A DNA stretch of 64,000 nt from Nitrosopumilus sp. (GCA_965197525.1 OZ240211.1:2146165-2210164); one strand, 5' to 3'; positions 40,288-50,586 are shown, counted from the stretch's first letter. Program-made: numbers and translations. Notes: a model not told the origin generated them from the sequence alone.

Positions 40288-40340
40288 AGAACTTGTGAGT
40301 AATCTCAAAATATAAGAAAAAAACGGCAGTCACAAAGTCA
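40288..40340. mobile_element. Solo end of the IS5/ISL2-like element
   Basis: AGAACTTGTGAGTAATCTC..CAGTCACAAAGTCA is the inverted near-match of 49285-49338. Confidence 0.75.
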
Positions 40341-40398
40341 CCTAGAGTGACGTCAAAAAGTCTTTGCAATTTTCAAAAACACTAGAAACACTTATAGC

Positions 40399-40728
40399 TT
40401 GAAACATTTATCGCCCATCGTGGAAAACCAGAATGTGCAATTAATGTGTGTCTACAAGAAGGAATTAAACCCAAAGGCAAAAGAACGGATGCTTGCAGTG
40501 TTAAATGTCATAGAGGAAGGTGAAACGATTTCAATAATCGCACAGTTGTTTTACAAATCTTACAACACAATTAAAAATTGGGTTATGCGATTTAAAGAAT
40601 TTGGAGTTGCAGGATTGTATGAAAAACCAAGATCCGGACGCCCGACAAAAATAGTAAATCATAAGATTACAGAATTTTTTGCAGGTGTTAAAAACGGTAT
40701 TTTTCCAAAACAACTCGTACTAGTTTGA
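40399..40728 (+). pseudogene. IS630-like transposase N-terminal HTH fragment
   Basis: KERMLAVL..TIKNWVMRFKEFGVAGLYEKPRSGRP. Confidence 0.8.
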
Positions 40729-40739
40729 ATGCATGTAAA

Positions 40740-40998
40740 AACACCCTCGTCGTAGTCTAGGTGGTGGATCTACGCCTAGACAAAGATGTGCTTAGTGCAC
40801 TTTATCCTGAATGGGTCAACCGATCTACTGTGTTCCAGTGCCTCACACACTGACAAGTGATTGCAATCTCCAATCCATCAGAAGTAATTCACACGGAGAT
40901 GTTGAAAAGGATGAGTGATGTCAGTAAGAAGAGATGCATAGCATTCATAATGAATGACAAGGGAAAGATACTGGAAGATAATATGTATGATAACACAC
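40740..40998 (+). mobile_element. IS110-like remnant: noncoding leader plus N-terminal fragment
   Basis: DVSKKRCIAFIMNDKGKIL resembles the DEDD RuvC-fold start; leader hairpin GTCTAGG/CCTAGAC at 40755-40781. Confidence 0.5.
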
Positions 40999-41144
40999 TG
41001 GTAGATACCTTCGTAGATTACAACCACGAAAGAATTCATTCTGTCATATGATGCACAACACCTGTATAGTTTGCATCACAGTGGGAGACGAAGAATAAAT
41101 GAGACCGTATGGATGATCATGCAAAAAGTGTTCTCATTTTATGG
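40999..41144 (+). mobile_element. IS3-family 3' end remnant
   Basis: Reverse-complement similarity to 17731-17885. Confidence 0.75.
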
Positions 41145-41217
41145 AATCTCCTCTAAACATCACCTGATAAATTCTATAGTTTGTCAAGGTCTATTCACAC
41201 AGTGTATCAAATATTAT

Positions 41218-41233
41218 CTCAATCCAGATTGAG
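41218..41233. promoter_or_regulatory. Palindromic operator CTCAATC-CA-GATTGAG
   Basis: About 40-55 bp upstream of the 41271 start. Confidence 0.7.
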
Positions 41234-41270
41234 GATCTTCTTATTATAATGGGCATGTGTAAACTAGGCA

Positions 41271-41819
41271 ATGACTACAAAAACAACAAGAGTAATTTTT
41301 GTTGCGGTTTTAGCACTTGGAGTGATTGGATCCGGCGTAACACTGTCACAAAATGTTACAGCACAGAATCCGGTAGGAGAAGACATCATCAAATCTGAAC
41401 TCCCTACATTTGACACTCTAGAGATACAACGAATGACAGAAATTGCACAAAAACTGGGCAACGCAACTACTACAGAAGCTGAAAAAACTGCTTTGATTAC
41501 AGAGGCAACTCAGATCAAAGAGTCATTTGCAGCAAATGCTGATATGACTACCAGACAAGAAATGAAAGCCAAGGAAGCAATGATCTCTAATTTCATCACT
41601 GAAAGACTAAAGACACAGCCGTTTGATGAATTTTATAATGAATTTCCAATAACCGGCTTGTATGTAGATGATGTAACCAATCAGCTGGTAGTCAATATCG
41701 ACTCAAATAAATTCTCCGATACTGTTACAGCAAGCGTGCGGCAACAAGTCAGAGAAATTGTAGGAGAAGAGATTGATGTGGTATTTCAACCGATGCCTCC
41801 CATGATACCTTGGAGATAA
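41271..41819 (+). CDS. Secreted protein, probably truncated after its N-terminal domain
   Basis: Signal peptide MTTKTTRVIFVAVLALGVIG; abrupt C-terminus. Confidence 0.65.
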   Translation: MTTKTTRVIFVAVLALGVIGSGVTLSQNVTAQNPVGEDIIKSELPTFDTLEIQRMTEIAQKLGNATTTEAEKTALITEATQIKESFAANADMTTRQEMKAKEAMISNFITERLKTQPFDEFYNEFPITGLYVDDVTNQLVVNIDSNKFSDTVTASVRQQVREIVGEEIDVVFQPMPPMIPWR

Positions 41820-41891
41820 AGCTAATTTGGTGACCATTTTCCAATCTATACAGTAAAATGACACAACTCTTTTTTTAAACAATATTATATT

Positions 41892-42104
41892 ATGACTAAA
41901 CAAAACGCACCAATTTTTGAGTATGATGACAGATATATTGTAGCATCAAAATACACTCGCAAAGAATTATTTGAATTACAAGAAATTGTTTTAGATCAAA
42001 TAAAAAAGAACCCAACTACCTACGCATATGAATTAAAAAAATTAGAGTATGACCAAAAAGAGATTGAAATTATACTCATAAAATTGAAAACTGCAAAAAC
42101 CTGA
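41892..42104 (+). CDS. Hypothetical protein
   Basis: 70-aa ATG ORF. Confidence 0.45.
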   Translation: MTKQNAPIFEYDDRYIVASKYTRKELFELQEIVLDQIKKNPTTYAYELKKLEYDQKEIEIILIKLKTAKT

Positions 42105-42288
42105 ACTCCTCTTTGAAGCGTCCAACCCAAGAGGACACCCAATCAGGACATTGCATGAGTGAATTTGCAGTATGTGCAATACTTTCATTGTTAAAGACAA
42201 CCATATTTACTGCAATCATTCTTGTCTTGATCCTGATGTCCTTTTCTTTCTTGTACGCTTTTTTAAGATCTTCTGGTTTTATGTCCAT
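42076..42288 (-). pseudogene. IS630-like HTH fragment
   Basis: KKEKDIRIKTRMIAV..WVSSWVGRFKE. Confidence 0.7.
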
Positions 42289-42445
42289 ACATCAGTTTGG
42301 TGTGCCGGGATCAATACAGTTTGTGGTTTATTAAAATTTACATACCGATAAATTTTTGATTATCAGTATACATACGTATTATTAAAAAATACAATACACA
42401 TATATTATAATCAATTATTCATGATCTCTACTATTTATATTTTAG

Positions 42446-42461
42446 TTCAATCCAGATTGAA
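42446..42461. promoter_or_regulatory. Palindromic operator TTCAATC-CA-GATTGAA
   Basis: About 40-55 bp upstream of the 42503 start. Confidence 0.7.
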
Positions 42462-42502
42462 GTAATTTTTAACAATCACATATTTAGACTATACACAATA
42501 AC

Positions 42503-43243
42503 ATGAAAAACATAACAAAAAACGCAAAAACAATTCTGTTTGCTGGTCTGATTGCTGCAATGATATTTCCATTTGGTGGCATATCCCAAGTTAACGCTGA
42601 TGTAAACAACCCTCATGATAGATCTAATGATTCTGCATATAGGGAAGTAACAATCACAGTGGATGCAGAGAAACAACGAATTATAGAAAAAATTGCATCT
42701 ATTGGAGAAAAACTAGATAATACTTCTAATGAGGAAAAGATAGAAAGACTACAAGATAAATTAGACAATCTAAAACCAAAGATGTTGGAACACCAATTAA
42801 CTCCAAACTTTGACTTCGGAGAAGATGTTCAAGAATGGGAACAAAGATTCGAAGAGCCCACAATTCAAACACGACACAGTAATAATGGTGATTGGAGAGT
42901 AGTTCATGAACTAAAATGGGGTTGCAATAGTTGGGTTTATTGTCATGACCGATGGCCTGAATATGTTGATCTGAATGATTGGTCCTCTATATCTTGGAAT
43001 ATGCCAACCTTGTACATTGATAACGGTCATATAAAACACTTTGTAGAAAATCATAGCAGTTCTTCTCAAACTGAAACTATGAATGGCTGGGGAACCCATT
43101 CAAGTGGAACAACGGTTGTAGATAACAATAGTTATTCAAAGACTCAATTTTGGCTCAATCATGAAGTTGAAGATGAAGTAGTTCTACAATATGATAATGC
43201 ATCTACAGGCGACAGATTATACAGCACCATACGGGTTACATAA
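42503..43243 (+). CDS. Secreted protein of unknown function
   Basis: Signal peptide MKNITKNAKTILFAGLIAAMIFPFGG; coiled-coil segment followed by a beta-rich domain. Confidence 0.78.
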   Translation: MKNITKNAKTILFAGLIAAMIFPFGGISQVNADVNNPHDRSNDSAYREVTITVDAEKQRIIEKIASIGEKLDNTSNEEKIERLQDKLDNLKPKMLEHQLTPNFDFGEDVQEWEQRFEEPTIQTRHSNNGDWRVVHELKWGCNSWVYCHDRWPEYVDLNDWSSISWNMPTLYIDNGHIKHFVENHSSSSQTETMNGWGTHSSGTTVVDNNSYSKTQFWLNHEVEDEVVLQYDNASTGDRLYSTIRVT

Positions 43244-43258
43244 CCCTTTTTTTTTACT

Positions 43259-43456
43259 TTGATTCCCAGAATTCTTTTAATCGTTTTAATCATTATATGT
43301 ATCTGGAGTATAGGGATAGATGTTTTTATTATATCTGCAGAGATTTTTTCATGTCTTTATTCTCCGGATATTCAATACGAGGGTACAGCTATACATTATT
43401 GTGATGATTTAGGGAATAGTATTATTGATAGTGTCATAATACGTGTTTTTAATTAG
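43259..43456 (+). CDS. Small membrane protein, copy 1
   Basis: TTG start, N-terminal TM segment, two Cys. Confidence 0.65.
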   Translation: MIPRILLIVLIIICIWSIGIDVFIISAEIFSCLYSPDIQYEGTAIHYCDDLGNSIIDSVIIRVFN

Positions 43457-43629
43457 ATATAATTGGTTGAGTTTCATTAATAACGTAGATTCAGATGCCA
43501 ACTATATTTCCACTTCCTTTTTTGTCATACAAGGCCATCGGATTTCTTCTGTGAATGATATCTGAAGTCATACTCGGACATCATGCTATGGATACATTCA
43601 TACGGGTTACATAACCCTTTTTTTTTACT

Positions 43630-43827
43630 TTGATTCCAAGAATTCTTTTAATCGTTTTAGTCATTATAGGTGTATGGAGTATAGGGATAGATGTTTTTAT
43701 TATATCTGCAGAGATCGTTTCATGTCTTTATTCTCCAGATATTCCATACGAAGGCACAGCTATACATTATTGTGGTGATTTAGAGGGTAGCATTATTGAT
43801 AATATCATAATACGTATTTTTAATTAG
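43630..43827 (+). CDS. Small membrane protein, copy 2
   Basis: Paralog of copy 1 with intact frame. Confidence 0.65.
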   Translation: MIPRILLIVLVIIGVWSIGIDVFIISAEIVSCLYSPDIPYEGTAIHYCGDLEGSIIDNIIIRIFN

Positions 43828-43990
43828 ATATGGTTAGCCCGAACAACGATTCTATAACCTAGGTGGAACTACTCATCAACCAATCAATATAATAGATGGA
43901 TATTTCTTCTACAACGTAGATTAACATGCCTACTGTACTCCTTTTTTTTTATCTAGAATCAAGACATATGCGTGGCTTGCAATATCTGGC

Positions 43991-44284
43991 TTGGGAATAA
44001 TCGGGACTGCATATCACCTTACAGCTATGGTAAATTTGTTTAATTTGACTGACAGTGTATGGTGCAGTGGATTAGTTCTGGCACCTGTATTCATTGCAAT
44101 TACACTAATAGGCACATTCAAGGTTCGTCACTCTTTGAGACGGTACGTATGGATTTACATTCCAATCTTGGCCATAATCGGAATGTTATTCATTAATGGG
44201 CAGTCGTTTTTCATAGGGCCGGTCTGTTTCGGGGAATTCGAACTTGGTAATATGAGATCATCACCCCTTTTTTTATTAAAATGA
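43991..44284 (+). CDS. Small multi-TM protein
   Basis: Three hydrophobic segments. Confidence 0.55.
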   Translation: MGIIGTAYHLTAMVNLFNLTDSVWCSGLVLAPVFIAITLIGTFKVRHSLRRYVWIYIPILAIIGMLFINGQSFFIGPVCFGEFELGNMRSSPLFLLK

Positions 44285-44478
44285 ACGACACTAGAAAAAA
44301 GCTCATGGGACTGGTCTACCTGACAATAGGCATCATGTCCCTGTTGTATGGCCTGCATCATACGGGGGATGCGTACAGGTATTACGACGTCATTCCACCA
44401 GACTACATAATATTTCTGATTCCTGCATACGCTTTGTGTGGAATCACCTTCTTTTTTGGGATAAAGTGTTTGAGATAG
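44281..44478 (+). CDS. Small two-TM protein
   Basis: Overlaps the stop of the previous gene; two hydrophobic segments. Confidence 0.55.
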   Translation: MNDTRKKLMGLVYLTIGIMSLLYGLHHTGDAYRYYDVIPPDYIIFLIPAYALCGITFFFGIKCLR

Positions 44479-44628
44479 CCGATAAGGTCTTTGGGTAAAT
44501 TGGAACAAAACCTATGCAAAGATATGTCATAATTGTAATTCAGATCCGTATAGATGGATTCTGTAATGTTATGTTGATATAAAGTCTAGAGATTCTATCA
44601 CGCAGTAAGAGGCTAGGTCTCCCTACGA

Positions 44629-45321
44629 CTATGATATTTTAGAATAACGAAATTTTCTTTTGAGCAATATCATTCCCACAACTGATCCAGAGATAATTAA
44701 AACCAGACTTGAAGAAAAGGGTAGATAAAATCCAAATATTTCTCCGTGAGTTACCTCGTCATTTCCTTCAACTATGATTGTCCGACCCGGACCTATACGA
44801 TAGTCATCGCCGTCAAGTACTGCTGAATGTATTCTATAAATCCCCGCCTTTTGTGGAATAAAGGAAACAGAATATTCCATCACATCATTTGGTTTCAAAA
44901 TAAGTTCTTCTAAATGATTAGGTGGTAATTGGAAATACCAATCAATATTGCCATCAGATTTTGCAGAGCAAAAACTGGCAGGTTCAAGGTAAATTCTGAA
45001 AAAATCATATGAAAAAGATGTATGATTAGAATCTGTAATCACACCCCCCAGTTTTAATTGCTGTTGGGTTGCGAGTAGGTTTACCAGTGATCCCTTAACA
45101 TTCAATACTTCACCCGTCTGAACATATAAGAAATATGGATAATGTACTGATGTCAGGTGTGATCCCTTAACATTCAATACTTCATCCGTCTGAACTGTAT
45201 GTCTTGAAAAAGTTTCATCTTCAATTCTAAAATCGGTCGAAATACATTGATGGCCATCTGAACTATTAAAATAAACCCCCATGAGAATCAGAATTGAAGT
45301 CAGAATCAAGATTATTTTCAA
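44629..45321 (-). CDS. Exported protein with C-terminal TM anchor and an internal 24-codon duplication
   Basis: Signal peptide; 37-nt repeat at 45087-45123 and 45159-45195. Confidence 0.7.
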   Translation of the reverse strand: MKIILILTSILILMGVYFNSSDGHQCISTDFRIEDETFSRHTVQTDEVLNVKGSHLTSVHYPYFLYVQTGEVLNVKGSLVNLLATQQQLKLGGVITDSNHTSFSYDFFRIYLEPASFCSAKSDGNIDWYFQLPPNHLEELILKPNDVMEYSVSFIPQKAGIYRIHSAVLDGDDYRIGPGRTIIVEGNDEVTHGEIFGFYLPFSSSLVLIISGSVVGMILLKRKFRYSKIS

Positions 45322-45636
45322 TGCAAAGCAATGATCTTACAAGATAGTTATAAAGAATTTATTTGGAACAATATTTGACAATACTGTTTTTAATAAAATA
45401 TGAATAAACCTGCCAAGATTTGTACATTAAATCCCGTTAGAGGCTTTATCTAATTGGTTTAAGTTTCTGATGATATTTTTAATAAAAACAGCTACACACC
45501 CCTAAAAATCCAAAAAAAGATCCTTAAATAGAATTTGATATACACATAATGGAAATGCTGTGTTTGTTGCAAAAAATAAGAGTTGCCAGAAAGATTTATC
45601 TACACAAGATTCAATAAAAGATAGGAGGAAATTTAG

Positions 45637-45948
45637 ATGACTGTAAATATTACCACTGAATCAAAAGTTGGAGAATCTAACATAATTGTAGACAAACTGT
45701 TCACAGAAAATCCATCATTGGATAAAAAATTTGATAATTTTATAGAAAATTCAGATTGGTTTTATGAAAATAAAGATGATTTGAGGAAAGAATATGGAGG
45801 TAACCACATTGCAGTCTATGAGAAGAAAGTCTGTCTTGCAGACAAAGACCCAATAAAACTAGTCAAATCCGTTAAAACCAAATATGGAGATGACCCCAGT
45901 GTCATGGTAACTTTTATAGGAAAAGAAAAAAGAAAATTCTTGCTATAA
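45637..45948 (+). CDS. DUF5678-like protein
   Basis: WF..NKDDLRKEYGGNHIAV..KKV..D.D pattern; upstream of an aspartyl protease gene. Confidence 0.7.
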   Translation: MTVNITTESKVGESNIIVDKLFTENPSLDKKFDNFIENSDWFYENKDDLRKEYGGNHIAVYEKKVCLADKDPIKLVKSVKTKYGDDPSVMVTFIGKEKRKFLL

Positions 45949-45960
45949 ATTTATGAAAGA

Positions 45961-46396
45961 TTGGAAATAAAAATTAAACAAGAGGGTACTCGTGTATGGG
46001 TACCGATTGGCATAGCTAATCCAAATTTAGGAAATAGAGTAACTCTAATAAATTTTCTAGCAGATACCGGTGCCGATATAACGACAATAGGATCGGACGA
46101 CGCGTTAAAAATTCAAATAGATTTTTCTAAACTAAAAAAAAACGAAATGTCCACCAATAGGTGTTGGCGGTGTACAATCTTGTGTATATGAACTCAGAAA
46201 TGTATGGTTCATATTCAAGGATGTTAGTGGAAATTCAACTGACATCAAACTTGACTCTATTGATGTAATAAAACCTGATCTAGAAGAAGAAAGCGATTCA
46301 GATAGATCTGAGATTCCAAGTCTATTGGGTACTGACATGTTGCAGCATTTGAAATTCACTTACAACTCTCATGCCAAACTTGAATTGAAAAAATAA
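45961..46396 (+). pseudogene. Retropepsin-like aspartyl protease split by a frameshift in an A9 run
   Basis: FLADTGADITTI in the first frame; GVGG flap and LLGTDML in the shifted frame; A9 at 46134-46142. Confidence 0.82.
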
Positions 46397-47733
46397 TGTT
46401 AATTATCCAACATAAACTGCTATACATAGTAAGCGACAAAAAATTGTGTTTATTTTTCCAGCGAGATCACAAGTAGCATAAAACTAGAAATTGTAATTAG
46501 TTAGGATCAAAACAGATTTTCATGACTTTCAAATACGGTTAATTCATCTCCAATAGTAACATACTCAAATATTTCACCCCAGATAACAAACCACAATAAT
46601 GGATTAATCCAAACGCAAAGAAGTGTTAGAGTGTGTGTAAGTGTAATTACTTTAAATAAATTATCAGAGATATTACAATGATGGGTTGTTTTTGATGTTG
46701 TGAGATTTTGCAGTCGTTTTAGAGTTTGTGGGTAGACTACCTATCTTTTTTGGTTGGTTTGGTACTGGTTTTTTTGGTTGATGATAATGTACGGACTTTT
46801 CTAGTGGGTTTAGTGACAGAATCTTTGACTTCTTTAGGAATCAGAGTTTTAGAACCATCTGTAGAACGTCTTGAACTTCTATCAAAAAATGCTTTTCGTA
46901 ATAGGTTATCTATGTACGCTCTTTTTAAGGATTTTCTGGATTTTAGTATGTTCGAGTACAACATCAGATAGGAATAGTGTTTCGCCAAGAAGATGGTTGG
47001 GCACATACCTATACGAACCCTATCACTCAGTACTATTCTTCACCCATTCATTATGGTTAATTGCAGTTAGGTTTCTGAACACGAAAACTAACGTATGTAC
47101 GAAGCAAACAAAGATACACCAGAAGCTTGTAACAGTCGGAGGAAAGATCATGTTCGGCACAATAATGACGTGCATGCTCACGTGGGACAATCATGAATTG
47201 AATTGGTTCAAAAAACTGATAGAAACGTTCTGGGCGACCTAACCTTCTACAACCCGACAACATAAAAAGTTATTACTTGTTTGCTTTGTATAAAATACAT
47301 TCATGAAAAAGAAGATAACCTCCGAATGCTAGGTAGATTCGAATGGGGCAGAAATGACTGTTATTACACACTCTGTATATGACGAATCAACCTCAAGCAG
47401 GGTTGACGATGTGTTCACTTTTCAAAAAGAACTCCTAACTGATCCTCCAGGCGTGAGCTATAATTGTATAAAATACGAAAAGAACAAATCCCGATAATGT
47501 TACAGAACCCTTTTTAGTACAATTTAAGTAGTCTGTAAATAATATAAAAGTATGAACAGAGGAGAACAAACAATACAGACTCCACATGTGTATCAGATTG
47601 TCTTGGTAAAGGATGAGGATGGTCGTGTAGTAGTTACATGTCCCGAACTCCTTGGCATGGTTACGGATGGCATCAATGAACATGAGGCAAAGAAGAACGC
47701 ACGATATGCGATTTCAGACATGCTGGATTCATT

Positions 47734-49338
47734 AGAACTTATGAGTAATCTCGTAAAAGATCGATTTTTTTGAAACTGTGTGTATAAATAACACCAAAAT
47801 CACAGATTGTTCCCTCAATTCAGGCACGGGACTCTAAACTCGAACTGTTACGTAATCTCTGATTTCTCAGATTGCCATAGATGCATTAACACTGCTGTCA
47901 AAAATTTATGATTTAGCCTGCTAAAACGAAAAAATACAAGTCATATTGTTGTCAAAGCAAGAAATAAAGCGCTTGCAAAAAGAGATTAAAATTCTCAGAG
48001 AGAGAAACAAGCGTAAGGACGAGATCATCTTACACGAACGAGGTCTCTGGAATACTCGGAACGGTTCTGAATCCGGAGTTGCAGGACAGGCAGCCACCAT
48101 GCACCGCGTAGAAGTGTTCGATGAGATTGTTAATAATGATGCAAAGATTCATGATGCCACATTAACGAATGTAGCAAAGTTTCAGTATATACTTGCCAGA
48201 GTTACACTGTGCATGAAACAAGACAACAAATCTCTCTTGTTCAGAGATAATGATGATAGGTCATCTGATGCAGGAAATCGCTGCAAGCTGTATCTCAGAC
48301 ACGCACTACTCATGGCATTGATGTATAAAAAAGGCAATCCCACACAGGGAGCCCTTGCAGCATTATTTGGAGTGGATCAAGCTGCAATATCACGATACAT
48401 CAAAGTCATAGATTCAATGTTGAGTATAGTGTTGCCTACAGCCAACAACATTTCAAAAGATATAGCAAACGCAAAAACAAAAGAAGAGTTTAAGAAAATA
48501 ATGCCAGGATCTGATGGAGGTACTGGCATGATTGACGGCACTCATTGTCCTGTGGACAGACCTAGTAACAAACAGATGAGAAGCATAACATATTCTGGCA
48601 AGAAGAAAAAATTTACGTTTAACACCACTGTATGCATAAACGAGAACGGAGTCATTGTTGCAGCATCAAACAGTACTTTGGGATCTATCCACGACATTAC
48701 GTTACTCAGAGAGAGTCCGCTGCCATTTGGGATATGGTGGGATAAGATGTGCAGTGAGGATACCCCTGAAGAGGATCGTGTACATCTCTTTACGGACTTG
48801 GGTTACAAGGGAATTGAAAAGGAATTGCCAGGCACAATTACCCAACAGCCACACAAGAGAAGCAAGAATCATAGACATTTTACACCAGAAGAGAAAAAAG
48901 AGAACCACAACGTCAATTCCATCATGGTAAAGGTAGAGCACAGTATTGGCAGGCTAAAACGATACGGTAGATTGGTTGCCCCATACAGTGGAACAGTCAG
49001 TGAATTTAATAATGAATTTAACATCATAACCGGACTTGTAAACTTGGATCTCTTGTGGGATAAGATGGAGAAGGGACCGCCTGTGAATGATAATCCAAGA
49101 CCGGTAATAGACTGGAATAAGACGAATACTGCTACCACCAGTCAAGATACCGCTACATAGTTAATTCCGTGCACATTGCAGTGCTGCAAGTCTGCGCATG
49201 AATTTCATGCATGGTATAATGAAAATATCAAACATATTAGATTGTCGTCTTGATAATGCGCTGTATGGTGTATTTTTATTATTTTGACTTTGTGACTGTA
49301 GTTTTTTTTCTTATATGTTGAGATTACTCATAAGTTCT
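47734..49338 (+). mobile_element. IS5-family (ISL2-group-like) element
   Basis: 19-bp perfect TIR AGAACTTATGAGTAATCTC; 3-bp TSD ATT at 47731-47733 and 49339-49341. Confidence 0.9.
47946..49160 (+). CDS. DDE_Tnp_4-type transposase
   Basis: MIDGTH, YSGKKK, GSIHDITL, DLGYKG, KVEHSIGRLK. Confidence 0.92.
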   Translation: MLSKQEIKRLQKEIKILRERNKRKDEIILHERGLWNTRNGSESGVAGQAATMHRVEVFDEIVNNDAKIHDATLTNVAKFQYILARVTLCMKQDNKSLLFRDNDDRSSDAGNRCKLYLRHALLMALMYKKGNPTQGALAALFGVDQAAISRYIKVIDSMLSIVLPTANNISKDIANAKTKEEFKKIMPGSDGGTGMIDGTHCPVDRPSNKQMRSITYSGKKKKFTFNTTVCINENGVIVAASNSTLGSIHDITLLRESPLPFGIWWDKMCSEDTPEEDRVHLFTDLGYKGIEKELPGTITQQPHKRSKNHRHFTPEEKKENHNVNSIMVKVEHSIGRLKRYGRLVAPYSGTVSEFNNEFNIITGLVNLDLLWDKMEKGPPVNDNPRPVIDWNKTNTATTSQDTAT

Positions 49339-49385
49339 ATTAGGCAGATCAAACGAACCGTTCAATATATCCATACTTTCCTGAT

Positions 49386-49610
49386 ATGTCTAAACTTCCA
49401 GTAGTTACCAACGACAAGATGATTAAATATCTTATAAAGAAAGGGTTTAAACCTCATCAAGGCGGCAGGCATGTTACATTCCATAAGGGCAGCATCCGAA
49501 CACAGGTTCCACGGCACGGGAACAGGGAGCTGGGGAAGGGTCTGCTGAAGGAAATTTTGAATCAGGCCGGAATTTCAATTGAAGAATTTAAGAAGGATTT
49601 TTTGCGCTGA
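49386..49610 (+). CDS. hicA: HicA-family toxin
   Basis: GF...GRHVTF..VPRHGNRELGKGLLKEIL. Confidence 0.9.
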   Translation: MSKLPVVTNDKMIKYLIKKGFKPHQGGRHVTFHKGSIRTQVPRHGNRELGKGLLKEILNQAGISIEEFKKDFLR

Positions 49611-49973
49611 GTGGATACGTCATGATGATAATGCATTTGCCATGTCAGAGGAGTTTCTGGATCCAGAGATTGCAAGGCCTAATCACACACTATAGAAAGT
49701 AGGAGATATACCACATCATACACAGCATGACACAGAACGCAACGCCGGAGCAGCTCGGCTCGATGTTGGAGGCACTCTTGAAATGCTCAAATGTCACGTA
49801 TCCACTAGATGGGATCATCTTCAATATCTCTATAATGCCAGGACTGGTGTTCAGATCTTCTGGTGTCACAGAACGTATTATTTTATAATATGTTGTCATA
49901 ATCTATGACTCCAATTATTATATAAACCCCAAAAATAACACTTGTTAAATATTGATACAAATTATGAAACTAT

Positions 49974-50363
49974 ATGATTATAGTTGACTGCAAAGATGTC
50001 CTCTCAATTCAAAATGACCTCCTAATCTACGTGGCCGATCAACTTGAAGCTATTCCCACTCTGAAAAAACATCAATTTACATTATCTACTTTGGATGATG
50101 ATCAGCTTTTGAGTACTAATGATGCAGTATCTGCTATCAAAGAGTACTTGGATTCGATTCATGAGGCAAATAACTTTGCAGTGATTGCAATTGACGATGT
50201 TATTCGAATATCCTCATTCTCTGGCAAAATTATCAAACCGGATAGTAGTAGTGGTGGTGGCGGCACTGACCCTGAAAATGAAATGTTCTCCTGCACTCAT
50301 TGTGGCTTTATAACCCGTTATCAGGTAGAACTCAATGTCCATATGCGAATTCATTATATCTAA
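49974..50363 (+). CDS. Hypothetical protein with a C-terminal C2H2 finger
   Basis: CTHCGF..ELNVHMRIH. Confidence 0.8.
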   Translation: MIIVDCKDVLSIQNDLLIYVADQLEAIPTLKKHQFTLSTLDDDQLLSTNDAVSAIKEYLDSIHEANNFAVIAIDDVIRISSFSGKIIKPDSSSGGGGTDPENEMFSCTHCGFITRYQVELNVHMRIHYI

Positions 50364-50586
50364 TTCTCCTCAAATCATGTTTTAACTAAACTTGCATCTT
50401 ATTTTTTGATAATGACTATGATCGTTTTAATCTATAATACGTCGTTTTATTTTTATTTTATTCTGTTGCACATTTCTTTGGCATTGTCTATTTTGTAACT
50501 CTGTAAAACTTTGCAAATTTCATAACTGTTATTTTTTACAACCTTATTCCTCTCTACAAGATCTTTATAAGCATCTATACTGTGAC

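Larger units (their letters stand above)
43228..43831. repeat. Diverged duplication of about 233 bp (43228-43460 and 43599-43831)
   Basis: Includes the last codons of the secreted gene and a small membrane gene. Confidence 0.9.
47552..49384 (+). pseudogene. hicB: HicB antitoxin interrupted by an IS5-like element
   Basis: Removing the IS and one ATT copy restores ..MLDSLGRSNEPFNISILS* immediately before hicA. Confidence 0.82.

Noticed and set aside
46726-47263. Several overlapping short ORFs
   Set aside because: Mutually overlapping, no motifs, coding frame cannot be chosen
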